Below the pieces are notes generated by a model that saw only the letters and a list, made by a program, of their open reading frames with translations, made no database searches and had not been told where the DNA came from. This document shows, in pieces, positions 17,729 to 27,392 of a stretch of DNA of 64,000 nt. The position numbers and the translations under genes are program-made. Source of the stretch: an uncultured bacterium (lineage in GTDB: Bacteria; Cyanobacteriota; Vampirovibrionia; Gastranaerophilales; Gastranaerophilaceae). Location of the stretch: positions 2,993 through 66,992 of the forward strand of contig CAROLD010000009.1 in NCBI GenBank assembly GCA_949035555.1, read 5' to 3'. Position 1 is the stretch's first letter. Each line of letters begins with the position of its first letter.

Positions 17729-18511
17729 TTAAATTATATTTGCGAAACTTAAAAAATATTCTTCAATTACATTCATCAACATAGGCAAAATCCAAACCAT
17801 AATAGCCGCCCCAAGTACAGGTTTAAACAGGAAGCTTAGCTGGAATACGTTAACCTGTGGTGCAGTTCTTGAGATTACACCTAAAATAATGTCTTGTGCT
17901 AATGTTGCAAGTAGAATGGGAGATGCGATTTGAAGACCCATATAAAGCGTATTGGAAGACATTTTTATCAGCAAATCCATTTTGATAAGCTGTGCCAGCG
18001 GAATATGTGCGGCATACATCGGAAAGATTTCAAAACTACGCAACAGTGCCTTAAAAAGCCAGAATACACCTCCGAGATTGATGAATATCAAAATCCCCAT
18101 CAGAGAAACCATTTTTGTTAAAATCGACACTTGAGCAGATGTTGTAGGGTCAAGTGCTGTTGCTGATGACAAACCCATTTGCATATTTATCATTTCAGCC
18201 CCGCAGTCTATTGCAATGGTAACAAGCTGTGCCATATACCCAATCATTGCACCTACAACAATATTCAAAAGTATTGACAGGGCAAATGAATCGCATCCTG
18301 TTAGGCATTTTTCCGGATGCAAAAATGGAACAATAAATACTGTTACAATCAGTGCAAACGGAATTTTAACCAGTGCAGGGAAATCTTTTCTATTGAATAT
18401 CGGGCAAAATCTGAAAAATCCGATTAACCTTGCAAAAACAAGCGCACCTGCCATAAGGTAGGTGTTGATTTTTGGAAACATTTTTACAAGTTCAACCAGA
18501 ATAGTATCCAT
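17729..18511 (-). CDS. fliR: Flagellar export-gate protein FliR
   Basis: A 260-aa polytopic membrane protein. Motifs FARLIGFFRFCPIF and GLQIASPILLATL, plus its position after fliP-fliQ, support the call. Confidence 0.85.
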   Translation of the reverse strand: MDTILVELVKMFPKINTYLMAGALVFARLIGFFRFCPIFNRKDFPALVKIPFALIVTVFIVPFLHPEKCLTGCDSFALSILLNIVVGAMIGYMAQLVTIAIDCGAEMINMQMGLSSATALDPTTSAQVSILTKMVSLMGILIFINLGGVFWLFKALLRSFEIFPMYAAHIPLAQLIKMDLLIKMSSNTLYMGLQIASPILLATLAQDIILGVISRTAPQVNVFQLSFLFKPVLGAAIMVWILPMLMNVIEEYFLSFANII

Positions 18512-18513
18512 AA

Positions 18514-19002
18514 TTATTGTCCTAACATTCGCTTAGTCTCAACCATATTCGGTTTTGGCATCGGGGTTCTCGGCGATGCATTATATCGTTCCCTCTGATA
18601 ATTATCAATATACGGAACTTTACCCGGATTTTTCATTATATCATCAATTTTATCAATATTTTTAAATCTGTCTTTCATTTCACCTTCAAAAGGAGTTGTA
18701 TATTTGTGATAATCTGCATCCAGCACAAAGCTTTCAGTGTGTGGAACCGTGTTGAATGCAAGAACCATACCTTCCTGAAATAAATTTGTCAAAAGTCTGA
18801 TAAATCCTACCCCGCCAATAACAATTACGAGGAATACCCCGAGAATTTTAGGAGCTGCTGCAATTGTTTGTTCCTGAACCTGTGTTACTGCCTGCAAGAT
18901 ACCGACAACAAGACCGATACCCGCTGCTACAAGTACGCAGGGCATTGAGATTGAAAGCATTATTAAAAACCCTTTTGCTAAATATTCTAATAGAATTTCC
19001 AT
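18514..19002 (-). CDS. fliQ: Flagellar export-gate protein FliQ with a C-terminal extension of about 70 aa
   Basis: The core IMLSISMPCVLVAAGIGLVVGILQAVTQVQEQTIAAAPKILGVFLVIVI matches FliQ. I chose ATG 19002 (AAGGA upstream) rather than the track start inside fliP. Confidence 0.8.
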   Translation of the reverse strand: MEILLEYLAKGFLIMLSISMPCVLVAAGIGLVVGILQAVTQVQEQTIAAAPKILGVFLVIVIGGVGFIRLLTNLFQEGMVLAFNTVPHTESFVLDADYHKYTTPFEGEMKDRFKNIDKIDDIMKNPGKVPYIDNYQRERYNASPRTPMPKPNMVETKRMLGQ

Positions 19003-19018
19003 TGTGTTGTTGTCCTTT

Positions 19019-19657
19019 TTAGTTGTAACTCGAAACAAGTCCTTGAACGATAAGCGCCCAGCCGTCAACCGCAATAAATATCAGGAGTTTGAACGGCATT
19101 GAAATAATCGTTGGCGATAGCATGAACATCCCCAGCGCCAGTAGAATATTTGCAACTACCAAGTCCAGAATAATAAACGGTACAAAGATTATGAAGCTTA
19201 TCTCAAAAGATGTTTTAAGTTCGCTGATGATGTATGCCGGTGCAATTTCCCAGATTGAAAGCTCGTCCGGCGATTGGGGTTTTGTCTTATGCGCAAGTTC
19301 TACAAAGAATGTTAAATCGCTTTCTCTGGTTTGTTTCAACATAAATTCTTTTAACGGTTTGGAGCCTTCCGTAACGGCGGCTACCATATCGTGGTTTTTC
19401 TGGTATGGTACCGATCCCATGTCATACATTTTTTGGAAAGTACTTCCCATAGTATAAAATGTAAGAATTATTGATAAACCGATAATTACAATTGCCGGCG
19501 GAACTTGTTGGGTTCCCATTGCTGTTTTTAGCATTGAAAATACTACGACAAATCTCAAAAAACTTGTCATAGAGCAAAAAACAAACGGCAGTAATGAAAA
19601 TAATGTCATTACTACTAGCATCTGTAATACCGGATTTAAATTTTGTAATTGGTCCAT
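19019..19657 (-). CDS. fliP: Flagellar export-gate protein FliP
   Basis: SFLRFVVVFSMLKTAMGTQQVPP, FKTSFEISFIIFVPFIILDLVVANILLALGM and MLSP are classic FliP text. Confidence 0.9.
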   Translation of the reverse strand: MDQLQNLNPVLQMLVVMTLFSLLPFVFCSMTSFLRFVVVFSMLKTAMGTQQVPPAIVIIGLSIILTFYTMGSTFQKMYDMGSVPYQKNHDMVAAVTEGSKPLKEFMLKQTRESDLTFFVELAHKTKPQSPDELSIWEIAPAYIISELKTSFEISFIIFVPFIILDLVVANILLALGMFMLSPTIISMPFKLLIFIAVDGWALIVQGLVSSYN

Positions 19658-19669
19658 TTTATATGTTCC

Positions 19670-20215
19670 TTATAATTCGTTAATTTTTTTAGCCATTTCT
19701 TTCATTGTTGTGAAACCGTGGTTTGTCGGTTTGTCAAAGTCAAGCACAACGCTTTTTGTTGACGGTTCTCTTGTATCCATTTGTTGTTTTAATCTTCTTC
19801 CTTCAGGATTTTTTTGTCTGATTGTTTCCAGTCTTATCGGTTCGGCTTCAGGCTGGATAATATCCATATCTATTATCCTTTGATGAGGTTTTGGCTGTAC
19901 AAGTACAGGTGCAGGCTCTTGTTCAATAATTTTACTAAATGTTTCCTGCTCTTGAATTCTATCTGAAGTTCCTAATTTTGAGAGCATTGTTGTTCTGTCA
20001 ACATCTGATGCAATCAGAAACTTTTCATTTCCTGCTCTTACCACAAGCAATGATTTTCGCGGATTAATAGACATTGTTTCTTCTATGCTTAAGAATTTTG
20101 TATTGTCTTTATAAATCCCACCGTTAGCAAATTTTTTATAGACAAATACGGCAAAGAATATCAAGCCAAGCATTGCCATTGTATATACTGTGAAATTTAC
20201 TAAATAACTGCTCAT
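19670..20215 (-). CDS. fliO: FliO-like flagellar biosynthesis protein with a long soluble C-terminus
   Basis: A single N-terminal TM helix is followed by the FliO-like segment SINPRKSLLVVRAGNEKFLIASDVDRTTMLSKL. It lies directly upstream of fliP. Confidence 0.55.
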   Translation of the reverse strand: MSSYLVNFTVYTMAMLGLIFFAVFVYKKFANGGIYKDNTKFLSIEETMSINPRKSLLVVRAGNEKFLIASDVDRTTMLSKLGTSDRIQEQETFSKIIEQEPAPVLVQPKPHQRIIDMDIIQPEAEPIRLETIRQKNPEGRRLKQQMDTREPSTKSVVLDFDKPTNHGFTTMKEMAKKINEL

Positions 20216-20237
20216 TTTATCTCCCCGCTATAAGTTT

Positions 20238-21434
20238 TTATATATTTTCGTCTTCAAGTTCAAAGTCGCTGTAGTCAAAATCTTCTTCGCCTTCTTCGTC
20301 ATTTTGACTGTTATTTTCTTCAACTTCATTCTCGTTAGAATAATCTTCTTCCTCTTCATCTTCTTGAGAGTATTCTTCATCATTCTGAGAAGGTTTTGCC
20401 GATCCGGTTTGAACTCCGTCCCCTGTCAAAATTTGGTTAACTTTAACACCATATCTGTCGTTTACTATAACAAGTGTTCCGCTAGCGATTGGTTTTCCTT
20501 CAACTTTTAGTGTTACGTTGTTGTTGTATAGAGATGTTAAATCTACAACAAGTCCGTTTTCTATATCTTTGAGTTCGCCCAGAGTAACTTTTACCGAATC
20601 AAATTCGGCATACATATCTACTTCGATGCTGTCCCATATATTTTTCTGAGTGCCGTCGCCCATATCGTCTCCTCCGTCATTTGTTTCAGGTATTAGTATG
20701 TCCATATTGGGTTCTAAATTTATTTCCATTTCTTCGCCGAACGCAGATAGTTTCATCTGCTCAAGGCTGCTGTCGTCAAAAACAACTACATCGTCTTCTT
20801 CTAAATTTTTCACATCAAACAGTGAAAATCTTGTCTTGCCCACTAAGACTTTTACAGATGTTTCGCTGTCAGGAAAATCATCTTCCGAAAATTTTTCGCC
20901 TGATGATTGAATCGCTTCAGGGGTAATTAAACTTTGCGGGATAGTTATAATTATTTTTCCTGCATTTTTTGTATAGTTTTCTTTGTCTTTTATAATAAAA
21001 GTCATATGTATAACATCAAAATTTGATCTTCTTAATTCTGATGCTGGCGGTTCGTTAATTTTGCCTTTCAATGCGTCAAAAAGATAACTGTTAAATGATG
21101 TTATAATCTTTGCTTCCAGTTCAGAGATTTTGTTTATATTAAATTTGCTTTTTGATTGTCCAAGTGTTGTATTTAGGATAATTGCAATTGCTTTTTCCGT
21201 TGTTCTGAAAAACATATCATAATCTTGATTTATTCGAATTTTCGTAACAAAACAAGAATCACTATCCATTAAGCAATTGATATTTTTACTTAAGCCGATG
21301 AATTGAGTTTCAAAATTATCTGCGAAAAAGTCGTCACAAGTACTTTGTACTATTTCAGGGAAAACGCGTTGATACCAATCGTATTCCTTATACAATTCGT
21401 CTGTTGATATTGAATTTTGGATTTTATTTTCCAT
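20238..21434 (-). CDS. Flagellar motor switch protein, a FliM-like region fused to a FliN/SpoA domain, with an acidic tail
   Basis: The C-terminal SpoA domain is VKVTLGELKDIENGLVVDL...KVEGKPIASGTLVIVNDRYGVKVNQIL. An earlier SpoA-like segment is VKVLVGKTRFSLFDVKNLEEDDVVVFD. It ends in a D/E/N/S-rich tail. Confidence 0.7.
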   Translation of the reverse strand: MENKIQNSISTDELYKEYDWYQRVFPEIVQSTCDDFFADNFETQFIGLSKNINCLMDSDSCFVTKIRINQDYDMFFRTTEKAIAIILNTTLGQSKSKFNINKISELEAKIITSFNSYLFDALKGKINEPPASELRRSNFDVIHMTFIIKDKENYTKNAGKIIITIPQSLITPEAIQSSGEKFSEDDFPDSETSVKVLVGKTRFSLFDVKNLEEDDVVVFDDSSLEQMKLSAFGEEMEINLEPNMDILIPETNDGGDDMGDGTQKNIWDSIEVDMYAEFDSVKVTLGELKDIENGLVVDLTSLYNNNVTLKVEGKPIASGTLVIVNDRYGVKVNQILTGDGVQTGSAKPSQNDEEYSQEDEEEEDYSNENEVEENNSQNDEEGEEDFDYSDFELEDENI

Positions 21435-21550
21435 TACAACTATCCCTTGATTTATCCCCTGAGAAATATAAGCGCATATTTCCCACCTCTACAATAAAAT
21501 ATAATCAAAAAGATTACATCAATCTTTTAATGGATATTTTTAAAAAGTCA

Positions 21551-21583
21551 TAAAAAAAGACTTGAGATAAAAATCTCAAGTCT
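21551..21583 (-). terminator. Intrinsic terminator after secF
   Basis: An 11-bp stem, AGACTTGAGAT (21558-21568) with ATCTCAAGTCT (21573-21583), is followed on the minus strand by T7 (plus-strand A run up to 21557). Confidence 0.75.
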
Positions 21584-21600
21584 TAAAAAATTTATTTTGA

Positions 21601-22578
21601 CTAGCCTTCAACTGCCATACGTCGTGGCTGTCCTTTTTTCTCATTCCAGAAGTCAACAAGCATTGAACAGAAGAAGATACTTGAATAAGTACCTACAACT
21701 ACACCGAGCATCATAGCTAGGACGAAATCTTTTGTTGTAACTCCGCCGAAGAAATATAATGCCGCAAGTGTGATGAATGTTGTTAATGAAGTATTGACAC
21801 TTCTTGCTAATGTTTGGTTAACAGAAGCATCAACGATTTCACCGTAGGTCATTTTCTTGCCGTAATATCTTAGATTTTCTCTAATTCTGTCAAAAGTTAC
21901 GATTGTGTCGTTAATTGAGAAACCGATAACTGTCAGAATAGCTGTCAGGAACAAACCATCAACCTGTACGTTGCAGAATATCCCCAGAAGTGAGAATACT
22001 CCGATTACAAACACAACATCGTGTACAAGTCCTAATATTGCTGCAATTGCATATTCAAGTTTAAATCTGTATGAAATATATGCAATCATAACAAGGATTG
22101 CTAAAGTTAAAGCTATCATTGATTTTTTAAATAGTTCTTTACCTAATGTCGGTCCAACAGATGAAACTTGAACTAATTCTGAATTTTTGTATTCTTTTTG
22201 AACAAGATTTGTAATATTAGAAGCTAATTCAGAGCCTTCATCAATAAATTTTGTTCTGATAGAAAGAATAGATTTCATATTATTATTTTCTTTAGTTGGT
22301 GTAACATTCAATACCTGAAGATAAGAGTTTGTGACACCAAGGTCTGCTAATTTTTCACGTGTTTTTGCAAGCTGTTCACTGGAAACAGATTCCGGTGTTC
22401 CGTATTGCAAAATTGTACCGCCTGTATAGTCAATGCCGACTTTTACAGGTGAATGTGTTGGATATGTAACCATTGAATATATCATTGCTACGATTCCCGG
22501 AAGTAACAATAATGCAGATAAACACATCCAGACAACTCTGTATTTTACTACGTGTACTGCGTTTTTAAAGTTAAACAT
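21601..22578 (-). CDS. secF: Protein translocase subunit SecF
   Basis: GIDYTGGT and the TM bundle with FSINDTIVTFDRIREN are typical SecF text. It follows secD. Confidence 0.9.
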   Translation of the reverse strand: MFNFKNAVHVVKYRVVWMCLSALLLLPGIVAMIYSMVTYPTHSPVKVGIDYTGGTILQYGTPESVSSEQLAKTREKLADLGVTNSYLQVLNVTPTKENNNMKSILSIRTKFIDEGSELASNITNLVQKEYKNSELVQVSSVGPTLGKELFKKSMIALTLAILVMIAYISYRFKLEYAIAAILGLVHDVVFVIGVFSLLGIFCNVQVDGLFLTAILTVIGFSINDTIVTFDRIRENLRYYGKKMTYGEIVDASVNQTLARSVNTSLTTFITLAALYFFGGVTTKDFVLAMMLGVVVGTYSSIFFCSMLVDFWNEKKGQPRRMAVEG

Positions 22579-22600
22579 TTTATAATTACCTCATACTTTC

Positions 22601-23935
22601 TTAGTCTAAAATACCAAAACGAGCTTTTTCGCGTTTTGTTTCTGCTGCTTCATAACCTTTTCCGATTTCATCTTTAGCTAAACCGAATAATGCAGGATAT
22701 TTCAATTCTCCTGTACCGAAGATTAAGTGCATGAAGTTTTTAGTAACAGTGATTGCCGTAAACATTGAAACAACCACACCTATTGCAAGTGTTAATGCAA
22801 ACCCTTTAACAACACTTGTTCCAAGGAAATAAAGGATTATACAGGTTAAAATTGTTGTCATGTTTGAATCGAAAATACTTGTGAATGCACGGTCGAAACC
22901 TGAATTAATTGCTGTAAATAAGTTTCTGCCGGCTCTCAATTCTTCTTTCGTTCTTTCGAAAATCAAGATGTTAGCATCAACCGCCATACCGATACTCAGG
23001 ATAAAACCTGCGATGCCTGCAAGAGTAAGAGTTACAGGGATTGCTTTAAATAAAGCAAACAATATTAAGCCATAAATTATAAGAGCTATATCAGCAATCA
23101 GACCAGGAACTCTGTAGATTACCAACATAAATAACATTACAAATCCAACACCGATAATTCCTGCGAATTTTGATTTTTCAATACTGTCAGAACCCAATGT
23201 CGGACCAACCGTGTTTTCTTCAATAATATCAGAAGGAACAGGTAATGCACCTGCGTTTAACAGGTTAACCATTTTTTCTGCTTCTTCATATTTGAATCCG
23301 CTTGAACCGCCTGAGATTTCAGCTCTTCCGCCAAAGATTGCTTCTCTGATTACAGGAGCAGAGATTTCTTCGTTATCAAAGAAAATAGCCATCTGCTGCC
23401 CTACTAATTTCTGGGTGAGTTCTGCAAATTTGGTTGCGCCTTTGCCGTTGAATTCCAATGAAACTGTCCATTGACCGGTTTGGTCAGAACCAATACTTGC
23501 AGATTTAAGGTCTTCCCCTGTTAATCCGGTTGGTTCCCATAAATAGGCTCCTGTTTTTTCATCACGCATAGGTTGTTTGTTAGCGTCAAAAACAGGTTGT
23601 TTAAATTCCAATTGTGCAGTTTTACCTAAAAATGCTTCTGCTTCTTTAAGATCTGTAACGTTAGGAATTTCAACAAGAAGTCTTTTATCACCCACTTGAG
23701 CAACACTTGTCTCCGAAACACCGAGTTTATTTACACGGCTTTCGATTGCATATTGCAGTCTGCTCATAACTTCAGGTGTGATTTTTCTAACCGAGTCGGT
23801 TGTTTTTGCTTCAAGCATAATTCGAGAACCGCCGACAAGGTCAAGACCAAGTTTTGTAGGTTTTTTGTAAATTGTAAAAATTGATGCTATTGCGATAATT
23901 ACAATTACCCAAAACATGATAATTTTGTTTTTCAA
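22601..23935 (-). CDS. secD: Protein translocase subunit SecD
   Basis: LGLDLVGGSRI, a periplasmic domain and the C-terminal SIGMAVDANILIFERTKEE support the call. The TTG start has AGAGGG upstream. Confidence 0.9.
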   Translation of the reverse strand: MKNKIIMFWVIVIIAIASIFTIYKKPTKLGLDLVGGSRIMLEAKTTDSVRKITPEVMSRLQYAIESRVNKLGVSETSVAQVGDKRLLVEIPNVTDLKEAEAFLGKTAQLEFKQPVFDANKQPMRDEKTGAYLWEPTGLTGEDLKSASIGSDQTGQWTVSLEFNGKGATKFAELTQKLVGQQMAIFFDNEEISAPVIREAIFGGRAEISGGSSGFKYEEAEKMVNLLNAGALPVPSDIIEENTVGPTLGSDSIEKSKFAGIIGVGFVMLFMLVIYRVPGLIADIALIIYGLILFALFKAIPVTLTLAGIAGFILSIGMAVDANILIFERTKEELRAGRNLFTAINSGFDRAFTSIFDSNMTTILTCIILYFLGTSVVKGFALTLAIGVVVSMFTAITVTKNFMHLIFGTGELKYPALFGLAKDEIGKGYEAAETKREKARFGILD

Positions 23936-24004
23936 TTTTCTACCCTCTTATATATGTACAACTTTTATTTAATTTATTAATAACATTTAATATACTAAAA
24001 TGAA

Positions 24005-24913
24005 CTAGCCTTCTTCGCCTAATTCTCTTTTAACATCATCAATTATTTTAAACAGAGTTACTTTTTCTTCATCAGTTAGAGTAACAAGCGGTTTTCTTAC
24101 ATAATCCCCGATTAAACCTTTATAAGCCAGAGCTGCTTTAACAGGTGTAGGATTAGGAGCCATAAACAGGTTTTTAAATACCGGATAAAGTTTTTTATGC
24201 ATATTTCTTGCCGCGTTAACATCGCCTGTTTTGAAGTTTCTAATCATAGATTTGATTTCAGAACCGAATAGATGTGACGCAACTGAAATTACCCCGTGAG
24301 CTCCGACAGACATCATAGGAAGAGTTAAGCTGTCATCGCCTGAGTAAATTGCAAAATTATCAGGACACATAATTTTTAATTCTGTAATTTTATCTAAATC
24401 AGGGAAGCTTTGTTTTACCCCTACGATATTTTCAAATTTTTCAGCCAGATAAGCAACAGTTTTAGGTTCCATATTAACACCTGTGCGTGACGGGATATTA
24501 TACAGAATAATCGGCAAATTTGTTGACTGCGCAATTGTTGAAAAATGTTCTATTATTCCTCTTTGGTTAGGTTTGTTGTAATACGGAACAACTGATAAAA
24601 TTGCATCAACTTCTTCTTTCTGAGCAAGTTTTGTGTAATCAAAGGCGGAAGCTGTAGAGTTTGAACCTGCACCTAAAATGATTTTAGCTTTGTTTGCAGC
24701 GGCTCTTTTTACTGTGCTGACAAGCTCGATTTCCTCTTCATTAGTTAATGTTGGCGATTCTCCTGTTGTTCCGGCAACAAGAATTGCATCACTGCCATTT
24801 TCGATTAAATGTTTTGTTAGCTCTTCAACTCTGTCATAATCAATTGCACCTGATTTTTCCATCGGTGTAACCATTGCCGTAATAACTTCTCCGCAATCAT
24901 ATCTTAGTGCCAT
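24005..24913 (-). CDS. dapA: 4-hydroxy-tetrahydrodipicolinate synthase
   Basis: TAMVTPM, VAGTTGESPTLT, YYNKP and the VGVKQS Schiff-base lysine region are present. Confidence 0.9.
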   Translation of the reverse strand: MALRYDCGEVITAMVTPMEKSGAIDYDRVEELTKHLIENGSDAILVAGTTGESPTLTNEEEIELVSTVKRAAANKAKIILGAGSNSTASAFDYTKLAQKEEVDAILSVVPYYNKPNQRGIIEHFSTIAQSTNLPIILYNIPSRTGVNMEPKTVAYLAEKFENIVGVKQSFPDLDKITELKIMCPDNFAIYSGDDSLTLPMMSVGAHGVISVASHLFGSEIKSMIRNFKTGDVNAARNMHKKLYPVFKNLFMAPNPTPVKAALAYKGLIGDYVRKPLVTLTDEEKVTLFKIIDDVKRELGEEG

Positions 24914-25046
24914 ATTTATTTCCCCTCTTTTCCTCGTCTGTATATATATGATAATTATATTACAAAAGAAAATAATATGATTAATTATTAAGAAGGGTTA
25001 CTGATGCTTATTTATACATTTTAAATATTTGTGCTAAAATTAGATT

Positions 25047-25628
25047 ATGAAGTGGCAGGATATTCAAAAGAAAAAAAGGGTATATGTAGGGCTTTTGATA
25101 GCTCTTGGAGCAGTGCTGGCATGGGCGTTTATCACAGCAAGTGTAATTACACATGATTTTAATCGAAAACAGGTAGAGGCACGCGGAGATGAACAGGAAG
25201 CTGTAGTAAACGGCATTATTTTGACCGAAACCAAAGATGACCAAAAGTATTGGGAAATTTATGGCGAAACAGGCAAATGGGATAGTAAGCAGGGGATTGC
25301 ACAGTTAAATAAAGTTATCGGAAATTTCTATAAGGATAATGAAGTTTCCATGAGTTTCGAGTCGTCAAAAGGTACTTATAATTCTAAAGACGGCGATATT
25401 ACTTTATATAATGACACTTATATTGTCTTGAAAGACGGAATTACTTTGAATGCAGATAAACTGCACTGGATAAATTCTAAAACACCGATTGTGGCAGAAG
25501 GTCATATTAAAATTCAAAAAGGGAAAGAATTGTTGTCAACGGCTGATAAAATTACTATTAGTCCGGACTATAACAGTTTTAAGATAAGTGGAAATACGGT
25601 TTCAAAAGTTTATGAGGGTAAAAAATAG
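25047..25628 (+). CDS. lptC: LptC-like LPS export protein (membrane-anchored beta-jellyroll)
   Basis: An N-terminal anchor (VGLLIALGAVLAWAFI) is followed by repetitive beta-strand text ending LSTADKITISPDYNSFKISGNT. It lies directly upstream of an OstA/LptA-like gene. Confidence 0.55.
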   Translation: MKWQDIQKKKRVYVGLLIALGAVLAWAFITASVITHDFNRKQVEARGDEQEAVVNGIILTETKDDQKYWEIYGETGKWDSKQGIAQLNKVIGNFYKDNEVSMSFESSKGTYNSKDGDITLYNDTYIVLKDGITLNADKLHWINSKTPIVAEGHIKIQKGKELLSTADKITISPDYNSFKISGNTVSKVYEGKK

Positions 25629-25629
25629 T

Positions 25630-26604
25630 ATGAAAAAAATATTTGCTGTAATGGTATCAGCGCTGTTGCTGACAGGGATTGCGGTTCAGGCATCTGATTT
25701 AATCATTGAATCTAAAAATCAAACCTTTAATGAATCTGATAATAAGATTAAATTCGACGGAAATGTTAAAGTCACCGTTGATGATTTGAAAGTTGTTGGA
25801 GAAAAAGCTGATGTTAATGTTACCAAAGATCAAAAATTAGACACTGCAACTTTCTATGAAAAACCTTACGCTTTTGAAATTAAAAAGAATAAAAAAAGAG
25901 AAGTTAAAGCAAATATTTTAAAAGTATCACTTATTTCAAAAATTGTAAGAGCTGAAGGTGATACACAGTCAATCGTATTTGAAGGTAAAAAACCAATAGT
26001 TGTAATTAACGCTGATGTTCAGGAGTACGATACAAAAACAGGTGTTATGACTGCAACAGGTGCTGTTACTATGTTGTATAAAGAAATCGAAACTTTTTCA
26101 AATTCAGCACAAATCACAACCGATAAAAACGGCGACCTAAAAAGACTTGTATTAACGGGTAATGCGCGTGTTAAACAGGAAAAAAATGAATCTTATGCTG
26201 ATAAATTTGTTTATGAAGCCGCATCAGGAAACTTAACTGCTTACGGTAACACGACATCAAATTCAATAACAGACGATGGTTCAAAATTGACATTAAAATC
26301 AAGCTATCAGGAATACAACCAAAAACGTTCAACTTTTAATGCTAGCGGCAACGTAAGAATTTGGTATCAGGATTACTATGCGGCAGGTCCGAAAGTTACA
26401 TTATATCCGAGCGCAGGATCAACAAAGCCAAATGAAGCATACTTTACAGGTCGTTCCAGCATTACTCAGGGCGTAAGAACCATTTATGCAGACAAAATCA
26501 AAATGACAATGAAGCCGAAAAGTTTTGATGCTCAAGGCAACACAAGAACCGTTATAAAAAATATCGGTTCAGGTTCAGACGATAATGTGACATTAGGGCT
26601 GTAG
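25630..26604 (+). CDS. LptA/OstA-like periplasmic protein, roughly double the length of E. coli LptA
   Basis: The signal peptide is MKKIFAVMVSALLLTGIAVQA. OstA-like repeats include KFDGNVKVTVDDLKVVGEKADV and LTGNARVKQEKNESYADKFVYE. ATG 25630 lies 2 nt after the lptC-like stop. Confidence 0.6.
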   Translation: MKKIFAVMVSALLLTGIAVQASDLIIESKNQTFNESDNKIKFDGNVKVTVDDLKVVGEKADVNVTKDQKLDTATFYEKPYAFEIKKNKKREVKANILKVSLISKIVRAEGDTQSIVFEGKKPIVVINADVQEYDTKTGVMTATGAVTMLYKEIETFSNSAQITTDKNGDLKRLVLTGNARVKQEKNESYADKFVYEAASGNLTAYGNTTSNSITDDGSKLTLKSSYQEYNQKRSTFNASGNVRIWYQDYYAAGPKVTLYPSAGSTKPNEAYFTGRSSITQGVRTIYADKIKMTMKPKSFDAQGNTRTVIKNIGSGSDDNVTLGL

Positions 26605-26612
26605 AGGTAAAG

Positions 26613-27392
26613 ATGAAAGATAAAATTGATAAAGCTATAGAATGTTTTAAAAAGCAAGATTGGAATGGTGCAATTGATTTATTCACATCTGTTCTGGAAG
26701 TTGATACTGATAATGCTGAAATTTATAACAATCTCGGTCTTTGCTATGCAAATATCGGCGATGATAACAAAGCTGAAAAGAACTACCTTAAATGTATTGA
26801 ATTAAATCCGCAGCTTCCGCAATGTTATATCAATCTTGTTGATATTTATTATAAGCAAAATCGATTGGGCGAAGGCATAAATATACTTTCTTATGCTATA
26901 GATATGTTGCCTGAGGATTTGCTTTTCAGGCATTATCTTGCAAGATTTTATATGGAAGATACCAAACAGGATTTAGCAATTGACGAATTAGAATTTATTC
27001 TGGAAAAGCAGCCTGATAATTATGATGCTTATTATGATTTAGCTAAAATTTATTTTGATTTCGGAAATTATGATTCTGCTATCGAAAATTTTGAAAATGT
27101 TCTTGAATACAAAGATGATAACGAATGGATTTATTATTATCTCGCCGAGGCTTATCAGGCAAATGATGAGATTGATAAAGCTATTTCAAACTTCTTAAAA
27201 TCAATTGCATCAAATAATAAATTTCCTCTGCCATATAAAAAAGTTGCAATACTCTTTATGGCACGCGGAGATTTTGATGATGCAATCGAATATCTGGAAG
27301 ACTATATGAATTTTGACATTCCGCAAGAAGAAAAAGACAATACCTCAGCATTGATTAAAACTATTCAAAATAAAAAAGAGAAGAACGCATAA
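26613..27392 (+). CDS. TPR repeat protein
   Basis: There are several canonical 34-aa TPR units, for example AEIYNNLGLCYANIGDDNKAEKNYLKCIELNPQ. Confidence 0.8.
   Translation: MKDKIDKAIECFKKQDWNGAIDLFTSVLEVDTDNAEIYNNLGLCYANIGDDNKAEKNYLKCIELNPQLPQCYINLVDIYYKQNRLGEGINILSYAIDMLPEDLLFRHYLARFYMEDTKQDLAIDELEFILEKQPDNYDAYYDLAKIYFDFGNYDSAIENFENVLEYKDDNEWIYYYLAEAYQANDEIDKAISNFLKSIASNNKFPLPYKKVAILFMARGDFDDAIEYLEDYMNFDIPQEEKDNTSALIKTIQNKKEKNA

Noticed and set aside
20238-20400. GAA/GAT-rich repetitive DNA at the 3' end of the switch-protein gene as a microsatellite
   Set aside because: It is in frame and encodes the acidic D/E/N/S tail. There is no perfect tandem unit of meaningful length.
25008-25244. 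78-aa minus-strand ORF in the dapA-lptC divergent region
   Set aside because: It mostly overlaps the lptC-like coding sequence antisense. It is Cys/Phe/Tyr-rich and has no RBS.
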